Origin: the human T2T-CHM13v2.0 reference genome, Homo sapiens
Direction: 5' to 3' (one strand)
Assembly: GCF_009914755.1 (NCBI RefSeq)
Contig: NC_060931.1
Length of the DNA: 64,000 nucleotides
The notes under the pieces are model-generated. The model worked only from the letters and a program-made list of their open reading frames with translations. It did not search any database and was not told where the DNA came from. Both the position numbers and the translations under genes were made by a program. Each line of letters starts with the position of its first letter. The stretch's first letter is position 1. Positions 1 to 36,400 of the stretch are shown here, one piece after another.

Positions 1-479
1 TAAGGGTAAATGACATATAAGCCTCATGCACAGAATAGGCCAGTAATGAAACATGTCTGTCTTGGCCTTGGAGCCCAGTAAAGAAAGAAAAAAAAATTCT
101 CCTCTGAGAATCTGTAACAATCCATTTGGGATAGAGGCCCAAATTCAATCTATCTGTGCAATACAATAAACCTCAAGGGGACAATTTAATCTGGTCCTAG
201 GGGTTTATGATGTCTCCAAACAAACTGACAAGCAAATTCTAATGCTCTCCATGAAAACTCAATTTCAACTCCAGCTCAAAGAATCCTTATGCTTGTAATC
301 CCAGAAACAGGAATTCAGAGTCCAAAATCGCAACCCAACAGGAAAAAGCCACCATGAGTAAAAGTGCCCATTTCTGAAGAAATAGCACTAAAAGGCCCAT
401 AAATGTTTCAATATTAGGTTTAACAGAAACAAGATACAGACTAAATAATTTGTATAAGAAATTATAAGATGTCTTGAAA

Positions 480-1310
480 AGAGAACCGAATAGAACTTCC
501 AAACCTGAAAAATTATGAAAATTCTAAAATAAAACATATAAAAGAAAGATTAAGATAAATAAGAGAATAAAGAGAGAAAGTCTTAATGGAAAAAATGAGA
601 AATAAGCAATACTGAAAAGACAAACGCTGAGAATTTTCTAGAATTGTTGCAGGGCACCAATCCTGAAATTCAGGAATCCCCTCAAATCCTAAGCATAATT
701 TTAAAATTTTAAGGAAAGAAAAGGGAATAAGGAAGGAATTCAGACTTAGATCACTACAAAACTGCAAAAAGATGTCAAAGAGATGTTAAAAGCAGCCAGA
801 AGAAGGAAGGATGGGAAACGAAGAAAGGAGGAAAAAAAGAAGGGAGAAAAAGATCGAAAGTACTTGATTTTCGATGGAAGTAATGAAAAACTTAACTAGA
901 AACTATAAAATTCTAATTCTTATTAGGATCGAAGTAAGGTTCCGTTGAGATTCATCATGATTCATCATTCACGACAGGAAAGTTTCCTGCTTAAGAGCAG
1001 TGAAAACCTTGAGTACAAGAGTATGTAATGGAGAAGGAAAGCAAGAAACACACACACACAGTTTCAACTGCAATTTGAAAAACAGAAAATGAACAATAAA
1101 TTATGAACTAATGACAATTTCCCCAGAAAATCGAAAAGTTAAGAAGAGTGGAAAATAACAATATCTAGCATTTATTGAGTGCAAGAGTTTTTAATAAAAA
1201 ACAATTTAAAAAGAAACTGAGTAGGGACGTACTAAATATATCACAGGAAAACATTTGCTGGGAGAGGTCGAAAAGTAGAAACTAAAGAACGCCGAAGACA
1301 ACCAACCTCG
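480..1310 (+). mobile_element. Ancient, degraded LINE-1 (L1M-type) remnant, ORF1/inter-ORF-like
   Basis: Very A-rich purine-biased strand with L1 ORF1-like fragments (gctgagaattttctagaattg, aaagagatgttaaaagcagccaga). Recognised by eye; boundaries approximate. Confidence 0.45.
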
Positions 1311-2242
1311 AATATGGACTATTTACTCAACATAAAGTTACTGCTATTAACAGCCTATTAGAAATCAAGGCTGCATCCGTAATTCATGGCTGCTCACTGT
1401 GATGATGAAGATTATTATTATTATTATTTGCGGATGCAGATTGTATGTATAGATCAATTACATTAGAATGACGATTAGATGGACCGCAAACTAGAATATA
1501 TAAGTGGCTACTGACACTATTTGTGCATCTTTTAATCTGGGAAATGTATATTCACTCCATAGTCTCAGTATAAACTATTTTAAAATTACACGTAAGCCAA
1601 CCAGGTGTCTCTTTTATATTTTAGAGTGAATAATGAGGATAAATTCCAGTAGAGAGTTCTATTTTAAGCAATCCAAATTCCCCGAACTTTGCTGATTATT
1701 CTAGTGTTTAGAACCTTTGCTATTTGCCTGGCACTTCTTGAAACCCATAACTCACAAACGCCGGGGCATGGAATCACATCAAAGAACAGGTGAAAAGTTG
1801 TTCCTAGTTGTGTTATGCAGGTGCATACAACTCCCGCCATTCTCTGTGCAAAAATCAACAAATAAACAGAGGCACCGCATTTCGGATTCTGTTACGCACT
1901 GTTTGCAATGGCGCCCGGTATTCGTAGTTTCTGCGAGGGGAGCCGCCAGCGCGCCAACCCTCGCTGAGGAGGAAGAAAACTACATTTCCCACAGAGGCAC
2001 GGGGGCGAACACCGGCCGGGCTACGTCATTGCTTGAACCAACCAATAGCAGCTCCGGGCGGCAGTGAGGCAAGCGCCGTCAGGCGCCAAAGTGGTTTTTT
2101 TTTTTTTCTTTTTTTTTTTTTGCCGGAGTCGAGCGGGTGCTGCTAGCGGAGGCGCCATATTGGAGGGGACAAAACTCCGGCGACAGCGAGTGACACAAAT
2201 AAACCCCTGGACCCCCTTGTTCCCTCAGCTCTAAGGGCCGCG

Positions 2243-26191
<23,949 letters not shown>

Positions 26192-26983
26192 AGGTGGTCC
26201 TTTTGTTTGATGAAGAAATAAACTTCAGCTGAAGATTTTATATAGGACTTTAAAAAGAAGAGAAGAGAAAGAAGAAACAATGCATTTCCAGGCAACCACT
26301 TAAAGGATTTACATAGACAATCCTATAAGATCTTGAACTTGAATTTTATGGGTTGTATTTTAATAATGTAAGTAAATTATTTATGCACTCCTGGTGTGCT
26401 ATGAATATTATTCCAGTTAGCCTTGGATTATTTCAGTGGCCAACATATGCAGACATTTGTACTCCTCAACCATTTTCTCAAAGTAATGGGCATTCTATGA
26501 TTTAGACTTCAAGGAATTCCAATGATGAAGATTTTAAGGAAAGTATTTTATATTCAACAGGTATATTCTGCTGCATGTACTGTACTCCAGAGCTGTTATG
26601 TAACACTGTATATAAATGGTTGCAAAAAAAAAAAAAAGTCAGTGCTTCTAAAAAGAATTTAAGATAATGGTTTTTAAAATGCCTTTATAATAAGCTTTGT
26701 TTCTTTGTGAAACTAATTCAGCAGGCTGAAGGAAATGGTTCATGTGATAATGTGGGCTGGTATCCTCTAGAGTACCTGGGTACATAAACAGAAACTCCTG
26801 TAGGTAAAAAGTAATTTGTGCCATTAGTCTTTCTATGTTTCTGCATCCAGATAGAGTGCAGTTCATGAGGGAGGGGGCGGGGGACTGAAGGGGAAAGGGC
26901 GTTAAAGTGATACATTTTTATACCAAATGTGTTTATTTTTTTGTGCAAGTAATCCTTAAAATTGCAATTGTATTAGGTGTTAA

Positions 26984-26989
26984 AATAAA
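26984..26989 (+). terminator. ING3: Polyadenylation signal AATAAA (probable major ING3 site)
   Basis: Canonical hexamer with upstream TGTA and U-rich downstream sequence. Confidence 0.75.
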
Positions 26990-28536
26990 GTTTTTAAAAA
27001 ATTACTTGTATTTATACTTTACATACTTAATAATGAAAATTTCTGAATTCCAATTAACTTTCAACTTTCATAATCTAAAAAGAATCAGAGACCCAGGACA
27101 CAGAATACTGTGTAATCTGTGATGTCTTTAATGATGTTTAGAGTTTGTGATATAAGAATACAGGAAAGACATTTTTAATGTAAATTTGAAATGCCAATGT
27201 ATTTTTTTAAGAACATCATCTGGCTTTTCCTTCAGTCTAAAAGACATGAAAGAAGTGTAAGTATAGCAGTTAAAACGAAAATAATGGTTATGGGTGTTTT
27301 GACTGGAGGCAATGTAGCCAAATAGAGTAAAGAGACCCCCCTGGTCGGGAGCTCCAAATTGAGCTATTTTTGATTCTACCACTTACTGATATGACAGTTA
27401 ATTCAAATTTTGTATCACTCTGGGCCTTACTACACCAGGGTGATGCTGACTGCAGAATAGATCTTATTCTAAGGTGCTATTTAAATTATAAATTTGCATA
27501 GTGGAGGTTTTATTTAAAGTATAATATTGAGTCTGGTCGATAGAAAAATCCTTAACTTTTAAGATACTTAATATATCATATATATTTTATATTGAAACTT
27601 ACTGGGTCCATCAGATTTCTGCTTTAATTAAACCACTTATGAGCTTCTTAGAACTTATTCAGATAACAGTGTAAAATCTATGCAGTGCTACCCAAAGGGT
27701 GTGAGGTAGATAGGGGATTTCAAAGATCTCTTCCACCTTTGAGATCCCATGATTCTGAGCTGCCACAGTCTGATTATACAACTCTACCAGCTCCCTAAAC
27801 AAGTTAGGTTCATTTGTGAGTACTCATCATTTCATAATATCATGATTATCACGATTTCATGATACTCAATATTTTGAGATTTTATAACCCTTTAAGAAGT
27901 GATAAATAATGTAGTATTCAATTCGTTTATCAAAGTATATTGCCTGGAAATGCTCACATGTATCATTTACATCCTCTATATATTATGACTATTCCAAACT
28001 CATTCATTTTATAGAAATGGTCAAAGGAAAAAGCCTTATGTACAGCCTTATTTGAAGAGAAAGTTCTTTGTCTGAGTCAGGAACATCCTGTTATCCAGCT
28101 GCTACATCCCCTTTCAGTGTGAATTCCACTCCTTACCAAATCACTTAGAAAACACTTTGACAAGTTTTAAACTCAAACACTGAATATTTTATGAAGCATG
28201 TGTAAAGAAAGAAACCAAAATTTGGTGCAGGTATTTAGTAATGGGTAGAACCTGTTAATATCTGAGTCATATATAATGGGGCCAAACATGGAACTACCTC
28301 ATCAACCCCCCAAAAATGTGGCCAACTATTAATATTCTTTGTGACATTTACACCAAGGGGCATAGTAAGTATTTTTGGTATTATAAAATACACATTCAAA
28401 ATCTCTGTTGTACAAAACTCATGTAACAGTTGGGACAAAATATCCAAATGTGGGTTCACAGTTCACAGGTGGTGAAAATTGAGGCCTTACTGCTATGGAG
28501 TGTATATCAAAATGTTCATGGTGACACATTTGAAGC

Positions 28537-28542
28537 AATAAA
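28537..28542 (+). terminator. ING3: Distal polyadenylation signal AATAAA
   Basis: Canonical hexamer, several upstream TGTA elements, GT/T-rich downstream. Confidence 0.55.
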
Positions 28543-29659
28543 TGGCTTAATTAAATGCCAAAATGAGGCTGAGTGTTTGATAAGCATACAATCATTCTTT
28601 TCAAGGGCAGTTTATATTTTTTTGTTCTCTTCTCCTTTAAAGCAAATTCCACGTTTTAGGTTTTTAACCATCTTAGGTTTGTGCAATATTAGTGCCCTTT
28701 GTCTTTAGACTTTAGGAATGGTCTTATTGACCTAATTAATTATTTTAATCTTATGCAAATAAATGTCTAACAAACTTGGGTTATAAAGGGGTATAAGATA
28801 CTCCTTAATGTGTAGACATTGCAATGGTTTCCCCTCAGCTCTCACAGATAAAAATACATTTATTTTTTAGCAGATGGGTTTTAAGAGAAAAAAAGACCCT
28901 TAAAAATATTCTTTAACTTTACAAATACTAAGCACCTAGATTCTGAGAATATACAGATGAAGGTATTATATGTGTGTGTGGGGGGAGTTGGTGGGGGCAG
29001 ACATGTTAAATGTGTTATCTTGATGAATGCTGTAATGGATACACAAAGCACTGGGAGAACACTGGGAGGCAGGGAAATTGATTACTGAAATAGTCAAGAA
29101 GACTTAACAAAAGAGCTATCATTTGAACTGAGTCCTAAAGACAGATGTAGTAGAGATGGCCTTCAAGGCAGAAGAGACTCTTCAAGGCCACATGCATTCT
29201 GGAACTTAAGGCAGTCTGGAAAGAGTGGCCATGAGGCAGGTAGACAGTGTCAGGGAAAGAAACCAAAAGCCAGCAAGAGTCTATTCATGAAGAGCAGGAA
29301 TTGTTTGTTATAGGAGTCGAGGGTAACATTTACATATTGTTGGTTAACTGTAGTTATGATTATTTTAACAGTTCAATGAAATCACTGATTTAAGTATGTT
29401 CCCTTATTAAGATTATAAAGTAGGGATGACTTAAAATTAATCTGTAACTTGGAAAATGCTAAATTTAGGTGGATCTTTCCCTTGATTTTTGAAAGACAAA
29501 ACTGCTAGTCAAGATTTTTAGATTTCCTTATTTGGATAATAAAATCAAAACTGCTGAACTAGTTTGTAGTTTCTGATCCAGGATCTTAATATTCATGATC
29601 TGATTCTGCTACAGAGAAATTAAAGTGATTTAAAGATGAACTAACCTCAGATTTCTGGG

Positions 29660-30258
<599 letters not shown>

Positions 30259-30852
30259 AGTTGTTTATGTTTTAAGCAGTAAGTCTCATATACCTTCTAA
30301 GTCTGTGTTTTAACTAATAGATTGTTAGATGCCTACGCATTATTAAAATATTTATTTGAAAGCAATTTAATAATTTCTTAATAAATTCTCCAGAGCTATA
30401 TAATTCAGTTTTTAGTTAATCAGGTACCACTTTTAACTTTCTTCACTGTTAAATTACAGAAGAGAACATTATAATCATTCATCTTTCTGCTGCTTATTAA
30501 AAGTTCAAGATTTGATGGAACTTATTGCCAGTGTGGGACGTGAGAGTGTGGCTGTGTGTGTCTGTTGATGTGTTGTTTATTCACTTTCTCCACCTCTACC
30601 TGCCTACGTTAATTCATACGAATAGCTCTACTTAGGAAGGTGTATACTAGTGTGCTGCTAGTCTTTGAGGATGGACTAATTTAAAACATTTACAGGTTTA
30701 ATAAAGTTAGTGTTCATATGTTAATTATTTTTTGCATTGTTAAGTCTGCTCCAGTACAGGAACCCTCCATACTGATGCGCTAAAATAAGAACAATTGTAA
30801 CAGGTATCAAGTTATTTGTATAAGTCAAATGTAATGCCCCATACATTTGAGT

Positions 30853-31059
30853 TGAGCATAAATATGAGGCAATCCATTAGAACAATTTAATATTATAACT
30901 AGTTTTAATATTTAAACTATTTGGTTTTAATAAAACTAGTTAAAATGTTAGTAAAATCATTCTAATGGATTGCCTCATATTTATGCTCAGGTAAATATGA
31001 GGTATTAGTAAAATCTAATTCTAATGGGATATGACCTCCCTGGTATATATCCCATTAGA
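30853..31059. repeat. Cluster of perfect inverted repeats (30, 12 and 13 bp arms)
   Basis: Arm pairs 30853-30882/30960-30989, 30896-30907/30931-30942 and 31020-31032/31047-31059. Confidence 0.95.
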
Positions 31060-32800
31060 GTTTATCAAAGTTTATGATTATATCCTTGAAGTATTTGTGT
31101 ATTTATCTTAATATGGTCATTCATTTTTTTTCTTGAATACTTTGAGGAACTGGTTGTAAAGATAATTTTTGTGGGTTTCCCAAATGTGCCAAAACACATT
31201 TTCACTTTACCAGTGGTCACCATGCATAAATGTTTTTAAAAGAGTGATCTGTTGAAAAAAGAAAAAAAAAGCTTATATATTGTTAGGGATCATACGGTTT
31301 AGATTAGATAGAGAAGGAACCTTTTGACTTCATGTGGTGGAATGTGACCAAAGGGCTATGCTCAGTCAAAGAATGTTTCCTTCTTACCCAGCCAGATTAG
31401 CTATGTGAATGCCAGCATTCACTGAAGTGATGAGACAAAAGCTTTCTCCCTCCCATCCACATCACACACATCAATTTTCAGATAGTCAAATGACACTTAT
31501 ATAAAAGTTTTAAAATGCCTTTTATTTTCTGAAAATGGAAATGACTGTCTGAATTGTGAATACATTAAAAAAAGAAAGCAAGAAAAAAGGAAAAGAAAAT
31601 AAGAAAGCAAGCTAAATTATGTGGCTATCTTGAGTCATTTACAAAAATGTATACAGTTTCCAAGAATCTTGTTTTGCAGGTTTACAGAGAAGACACATGA
31701 GATTCTTCATGGAGAACATTGTTTGATCTGTCATACAACAAATGAAAGTTAAATATTTTCATGTTTTATATATTATTGAACTGATTAAAGCAGAAATTCT
31801 GGCTCCATACCAAGGTATAAATTTATGTCCTGAAGAAAGTAATGAAAAAAATAGTATAATTCATTGGGTTAAACATTTACCCAATGAAATGTTTACCTCA
31901 TCCCTCCCACCTGCCCCGATTTTACATGTGTGCCCACTAATTGAAGTGATTCTACCTGTCTCTCTTTTAGAATGTGTGTATACATATATACAGATGTATC
32001 TCTATATCTGTATATATAATCTTTTAGAGGATGCAAATTTCAAAAACAAATTTGAGAGGCTTAAAGGAAATTATATGCCCAAAGTTGCATTTGTTTTGGG
32101 GAGCAGTATAATTACACATTCGGGAAATGGCTAAAATTCTAAGGAAGTTAATCATGTCATTGCCATAAGCTGCTGAGGCACTCACTATTGTAACTTTAGT
32201 AACAGACAAATTTCAGGTAGCCGTATGTAAAAAAAATGTGCAACAGCTATTTGTTCAGTTAATTTTGAGTTTCTTTACCTTAGCACTTTAAATAAATGCT
32301 GATTTTTATAGGTTTTGGGGGTACATGTGCAATTTTGTTACATGGCTCTATTGCATAGTGGTGAAGTCTGGGCTTTTAGTGTATCTGTTGCACAAATAGT
32401 GAACATTGTACCCAATAGGTAATTTTTCAACCCTCAGTCCCCCTCCACCTCACCACCTTCCTTTTGGGCTCTCCAATATCTGTTATTCCACTCTGTCTGT
32501 CCATGGTATAGCCATTGTTTAGCTCCCACTTATAAGTGAGAACATGTGGTATTTGATATCTTATTTCACTTAGGAAAATGCCCTCCAGTTCCATTCACGT
32601 TGGTGCAAAAGACATTATTTCATTCTTTTTTTAATGGCTGAATAGTACTCCTATGGTGTGTGTGTGTGTTGTGTGTGTGTGTATTACATTTTTTAAATCC
32701 AATCCACTGTAGATGGACATTTAGATTGATTCTATATCTTTGCTATTGTGACTAGTGCTGCAATAAACATAGGAGTACAGGTATCTTTTTGACTAATTGT

Positions 32801-32899
32801 GTCTTCTGTCTAAGGAATAATCAGGCCTGATGGCCTGACCCTGCTTAACTTCTGAGATCAGATGAGATCAAGTGTGTTCAGGGTCGTATGGCTGTAGAC
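32801..32899 (-). pseudogene. 5S rRNA pseudogene, 3'-truncated (about nt 1-91)
   Basis: Reverse complement GTCTACAGCCATACGACCCTGAACACACTTGATCTCATCTGATCTCAGAAGTTAAGCAGGGTCAGGCC matches the 5S 5' end with CpG decay; 8-bp ggcctgat duplication. Confidence 0.92.
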
Positions 32900-33080
32900 T
32901 GATATAATGATGCCTTTTCCTTTGTGAAGATACCCTGTATAGGATTGCTGGATCCAATGGTAGTTCTGTTTTTAGTTCTTTGAGAAATATCCATAGGGTT
33001 TTTCATAGAGGTTGCATTAATTTACTTTCCCACCAACAGTGTATAGGGTTCCCTGTTCTCTCTGCATCTTCACCAACACC

Positions 33081-33373
33081 TTTTGTTTTTCTGTTTTTTG
33101 TTTTGTTGTTTTGTTTTAGAGTCTCCCTCTGATGCTCAGGCTGTAGTGCATCTCAGCCCACTGCAACCTTTGCCTCCTGGATTTAAGCAATTCTTGTGCC
33201 TCAGCCACCTGAGTAGCTGGTATCACAGGCATGCACCACCATTCCCAGCTACTTTCTGTAGAAAGTAGAGATGCAGGTTTGCCATGTTGGCCAGGCTGAT
33301 CTCAAACTCCTGGGCTCAACTGCCTCAGCCTCCCAAAGTGCTGGGATTACAGGCATGAATCACCATGTTCGGT
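33081..33373 (-). mobile_element. Alu (J/S), inserted in L1
   Basis: Diverged reverse Alu; TSD-like caYcttttgttttt on both sides. Confidence 0.88.
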
Positions 33374-33672
33374 CATCTTTTGTTTTTTGACTTTTTGCCA
33401 TTCTGACTGGTGTAAGATGGTATCTCACTGTGGTTTTAATTTGCATTTCTCTGGTTAGTGATGTTGATTTTTTCGTATGTTTTTTAGCCACTTGTATGTC
33501 TTCTTTTGAAAAATGTTCATGCTCTTTGCCCATGTTTTGATGGGGTTGTTTTTCTGTTGTTGTTTGAGTACCTTGTAGATTCTGGATCTTAGCTCTTTGT
33601 TGGATGCATAGTTTGCAAATATTTTCTCTCACTTCCAGGTTGTCTGTTTGTTGATTATTTCTTTTGCTGCCC

Positions 33673-33890
33673 AACCTCAGCACTTTCAACACTTTGTGCC
33701 AAATGACTCTTCGTCGTGGGGGCTGTCCTGTAGACTGGAGGATAAATTTAGCAGCACTCCTGGCCTCTATACACTAGGAGTCAGTAGCATCTCTGCCACT
33801 GCCTTACCACCCCCTGCCAGTTGTGACAACCAAAAATATCTCTAGAATTACCAAATGTCTCCTGTTTGGGGGGACAAAACTGCCTCTACT
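33673..33890. mobile_element. MER20-like hAT-Charlie DNA transposon
   Basis: gggggctgtcctgt...tttagcagcactcctggcctcta...ccagttgtgacaaccaaaaatatctctaga. Confidence 0.8.
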
Positions 33891-34741
33891 TAGTTAAATG
33901 TTACCATAATGTGAAACCTTGTGGAAAAATTCAAATAATAATGGGAAATATTTGAATTTTTGATGTGTAGAATTCTATAAACATAAATTTTTTAAACAAT
34001 CACTTGCCAAGGGTGCTAGATGCTCCCAGGGGATGGAGGCGAGTAAAATCTTCCATTGTAAGCAGTTTATATGGCAAAAGATTATAAGTACACTAGTAAC
34101 TAAAATACAGCACAAGTGTAATGAAAACAATTCTGGTACTGGTGCAAGCAAATTCAAAATGCCTATTAAAAAGAGTAAGTTGTGAAAAATAAAGTGACCC
34201 ATTGAAAAGAGTGGAAAACTGAAATGTGTATGTCCCATTTAAAACAGGCAGCACCAAGTGTTAGCATAGGGGAACTCCAGGTGATTTGTATGCTCAGAAA
34301 CACAGGTCTGATGTACAATCTAAGATTAAAAGCATTTACTTTGGAGGATTTGGTCTATCTGGACTGTTTGTTCATCTAGAAACTTACAAAGAGATTGGCA
34401 AACAAAAACTAAGAAAGGAATAGTAGCAAAATGAAGAATTTTCAGTGCGGCATTGTACTTCCACATGTAAATTGGACAAATGCTGTGCACAAGGGGAGTC
34501 CTGGACATTCTTCCTATCACCCTTTGACACAATTCCTGGACCTTTGCCATATCCTGCTACCACCCTTCACAGCCTAGGGTGGTTTTAGGACCACTGAAAA
34601 GGAAGAGGGAAATTTTTTTTTTGACTCTTAAAAATTATATTTATCATAATGATTATCATTTTTTAATGTTTCACTAAAATAGTCTATTGGATAGTCTATT
34701 TTAAAATATTGCTCCATACTGATATGCCAAGGTTTTGCTCC

Positions 34742-35268
34742 TATTATTATACTTTAAGTTTTAGGGTACATGTACACAACGTGCAGGTTAGTTACATATG
34801 TATACATGTGCCATGCTGGTGTGCTGCACCCATGAACTCGTCATTTAGCATTAGGTATATCTCCTAATGCTATCCCTCCCCCCTCCCCCCACCCCACAAC
34901 AGTCCCCAGAGTGTGATGTTCCCCTTCCTGTGTCCATGTGTTCTCATTGTTCAATTCCCATCTATGAGTGAGAACATGCGGTGTTTGGTTTTTCGTCCTT
35001 GCGATAGTTTACTGAGAATGATGATTTCCAATTTCATCCATGTCCCTACAAAGGACATGAACTCATCATTTTTTATGGCTGCATAGTATTCCATGGTGTA
35101 TATGTGCCACATTTTCTTAATCAAGTCTATCATTGTTGGACATTTGGGTTGGTTCCAAGTCTTTGCTATGTGAATAGTGCCGCGATAAACATACGTGTGC
35201 ATGTGTCTTTATAGCAGCATGATTTATAGTCCTTCGGGTATATACCCAGTAATGGGATGGCTGGGTCA
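34742..35268 (-). mobile_element. Young primate L1PA 3' fragment (L1PA2/3-like)
   Basis: Near-consensus 3'UTR and ORF2 C-terminus WNQPKCPTMID...MEYYAAIKNDEFMSFVGTWMKLE; CpGs retained. Confidence 0.95.
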
Positions 35269-35984
35269 GGAAATATTCATTTTTAAAAAAATGCATAGAA
35301 AGCATCATAAAAGATTCAGGCGTCTTAAATTGAAGTCCATAGTCTGTACAAAAGTTACACTCTGTGTATACATAACTCTGAAATAATACATCATCAGGCG
35401 TATTTGCATATACCTTAATTGAATACAGCATTTGTCTCCTAAGGGACAGTTAAGGACTCTAAGGCAGGAATCTGACATTTTACACAGATTTTAAAATTAA
35501 ATCTTACATGTGTTTTGCAATAGAATAAGCACATGTATTTGACTCATGTTGTTCTTTTCCCACCTATAAAACTAGGAGATTTTGCTTTGTGAGTTTACAA
35601 TAGAAGACAATAGTAACATAACAATATTCTCAGGTAATTGGAGACAATGGTCACCCTACCCTGAAAACTACCATATCTTCATTAATAAATCTGGGAAAGA
35701 ATTATTTTGGATTCCTACTGTCTGCAGATAAAGGCTAAATAAACTGTTAAACTTGGAAATGATAGCCCTCCTTGATCTGTACCTAAACGTAACACTCTTT
35801 TTCGGCTATATCTCGGTGGTTTCCTACTAAGACATAAGACCTTTATTTTCCCTCTTGCAGTAGTTGAAATCTTTGTGACTTGTTAGGGCCCAGTTGGGAA
35901 GTGGTTACTTTTTTCTTATCACCTCTCAAAAGATGTGAACTCCTTATTTTGATTCTCCATGTTGCTTGGAATATATCCATCTTA

Positions 35985-36400
35985 GTTGTGGCTGGGACTG
36001 CTATCTGTTTATCAGCCTTATTTCCTTTTCCTCCTGGGCATGTAACTAGATCTCATTTCACAACTCCATTTCTGTTAGGTGGGTCCATGTGAGTAGGCTC
36101 TGGACAATAGAACATGGCACAAGAGGTATATGCCAATTTGAAGCTTGGCCCATAAAAGACCTCCCACAAAATTCACCATGCCCTTTCTCATTCATTGTCT
36201 GCTAATGGGAGGCAGAGGATCCCAATGAGTATCCAAGATTCTAGGTTATGGAAAGTCACCAGGTGGAAGGACCTTAGGTACCAAATGTCTTAGAGAAAAC
36301 TGACAAACACTTAAAAATGTTGTGAGTGAGAAATGAGCTCTTATTGTATCAAGCCAATGAAATTTTATGGTTATTTTTACAGTTATTTGTTTCAGCAGTT
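35985..36400 (+). mobile_element. Old MaLR LTR (MLT1J/I-like)
   Basis: ttaggtgggtccatgtgagtaggctctggacaatagaa...ttattgtatcaagccaatgaaatttt. Confidence 0.55.

Larger units (their letters stand above)
26192..28560 (+). other. ING3: ING3 3'UTR (short form to ~27005, long form to ~28560)
   Basis: Follows the stop codon; AU-rich; AATAAA at 26984 and 28537. The 3' ends are inferred. Confidence 0.7.
32305..33668 (-). mobile_element. L1 3' end (L1PB/L1MA-like) interrupted by (TG)n, a 5S retrocopy and an Alu
   Basis: L1 3'UTR (tttagctcccacttataagtgagaacatg) and ORF2 C-terminal remnant [19 protein letters not shown] in ORF 33360-33692. Confidence 0.9.

Noticed and set aside
32801-32899. Functional 5S rRNA gene
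   Set aside because: Truncated, CpG-decayed, internally duplicated, no terminator, embedded in an L1.
34951-35202. L1 ORF2-like ORFs (also 33360-33692 and 56488-56805) as active coding sequence
   Set aside because: Only C-terminal remnants of 5'-truncated L1 copies.
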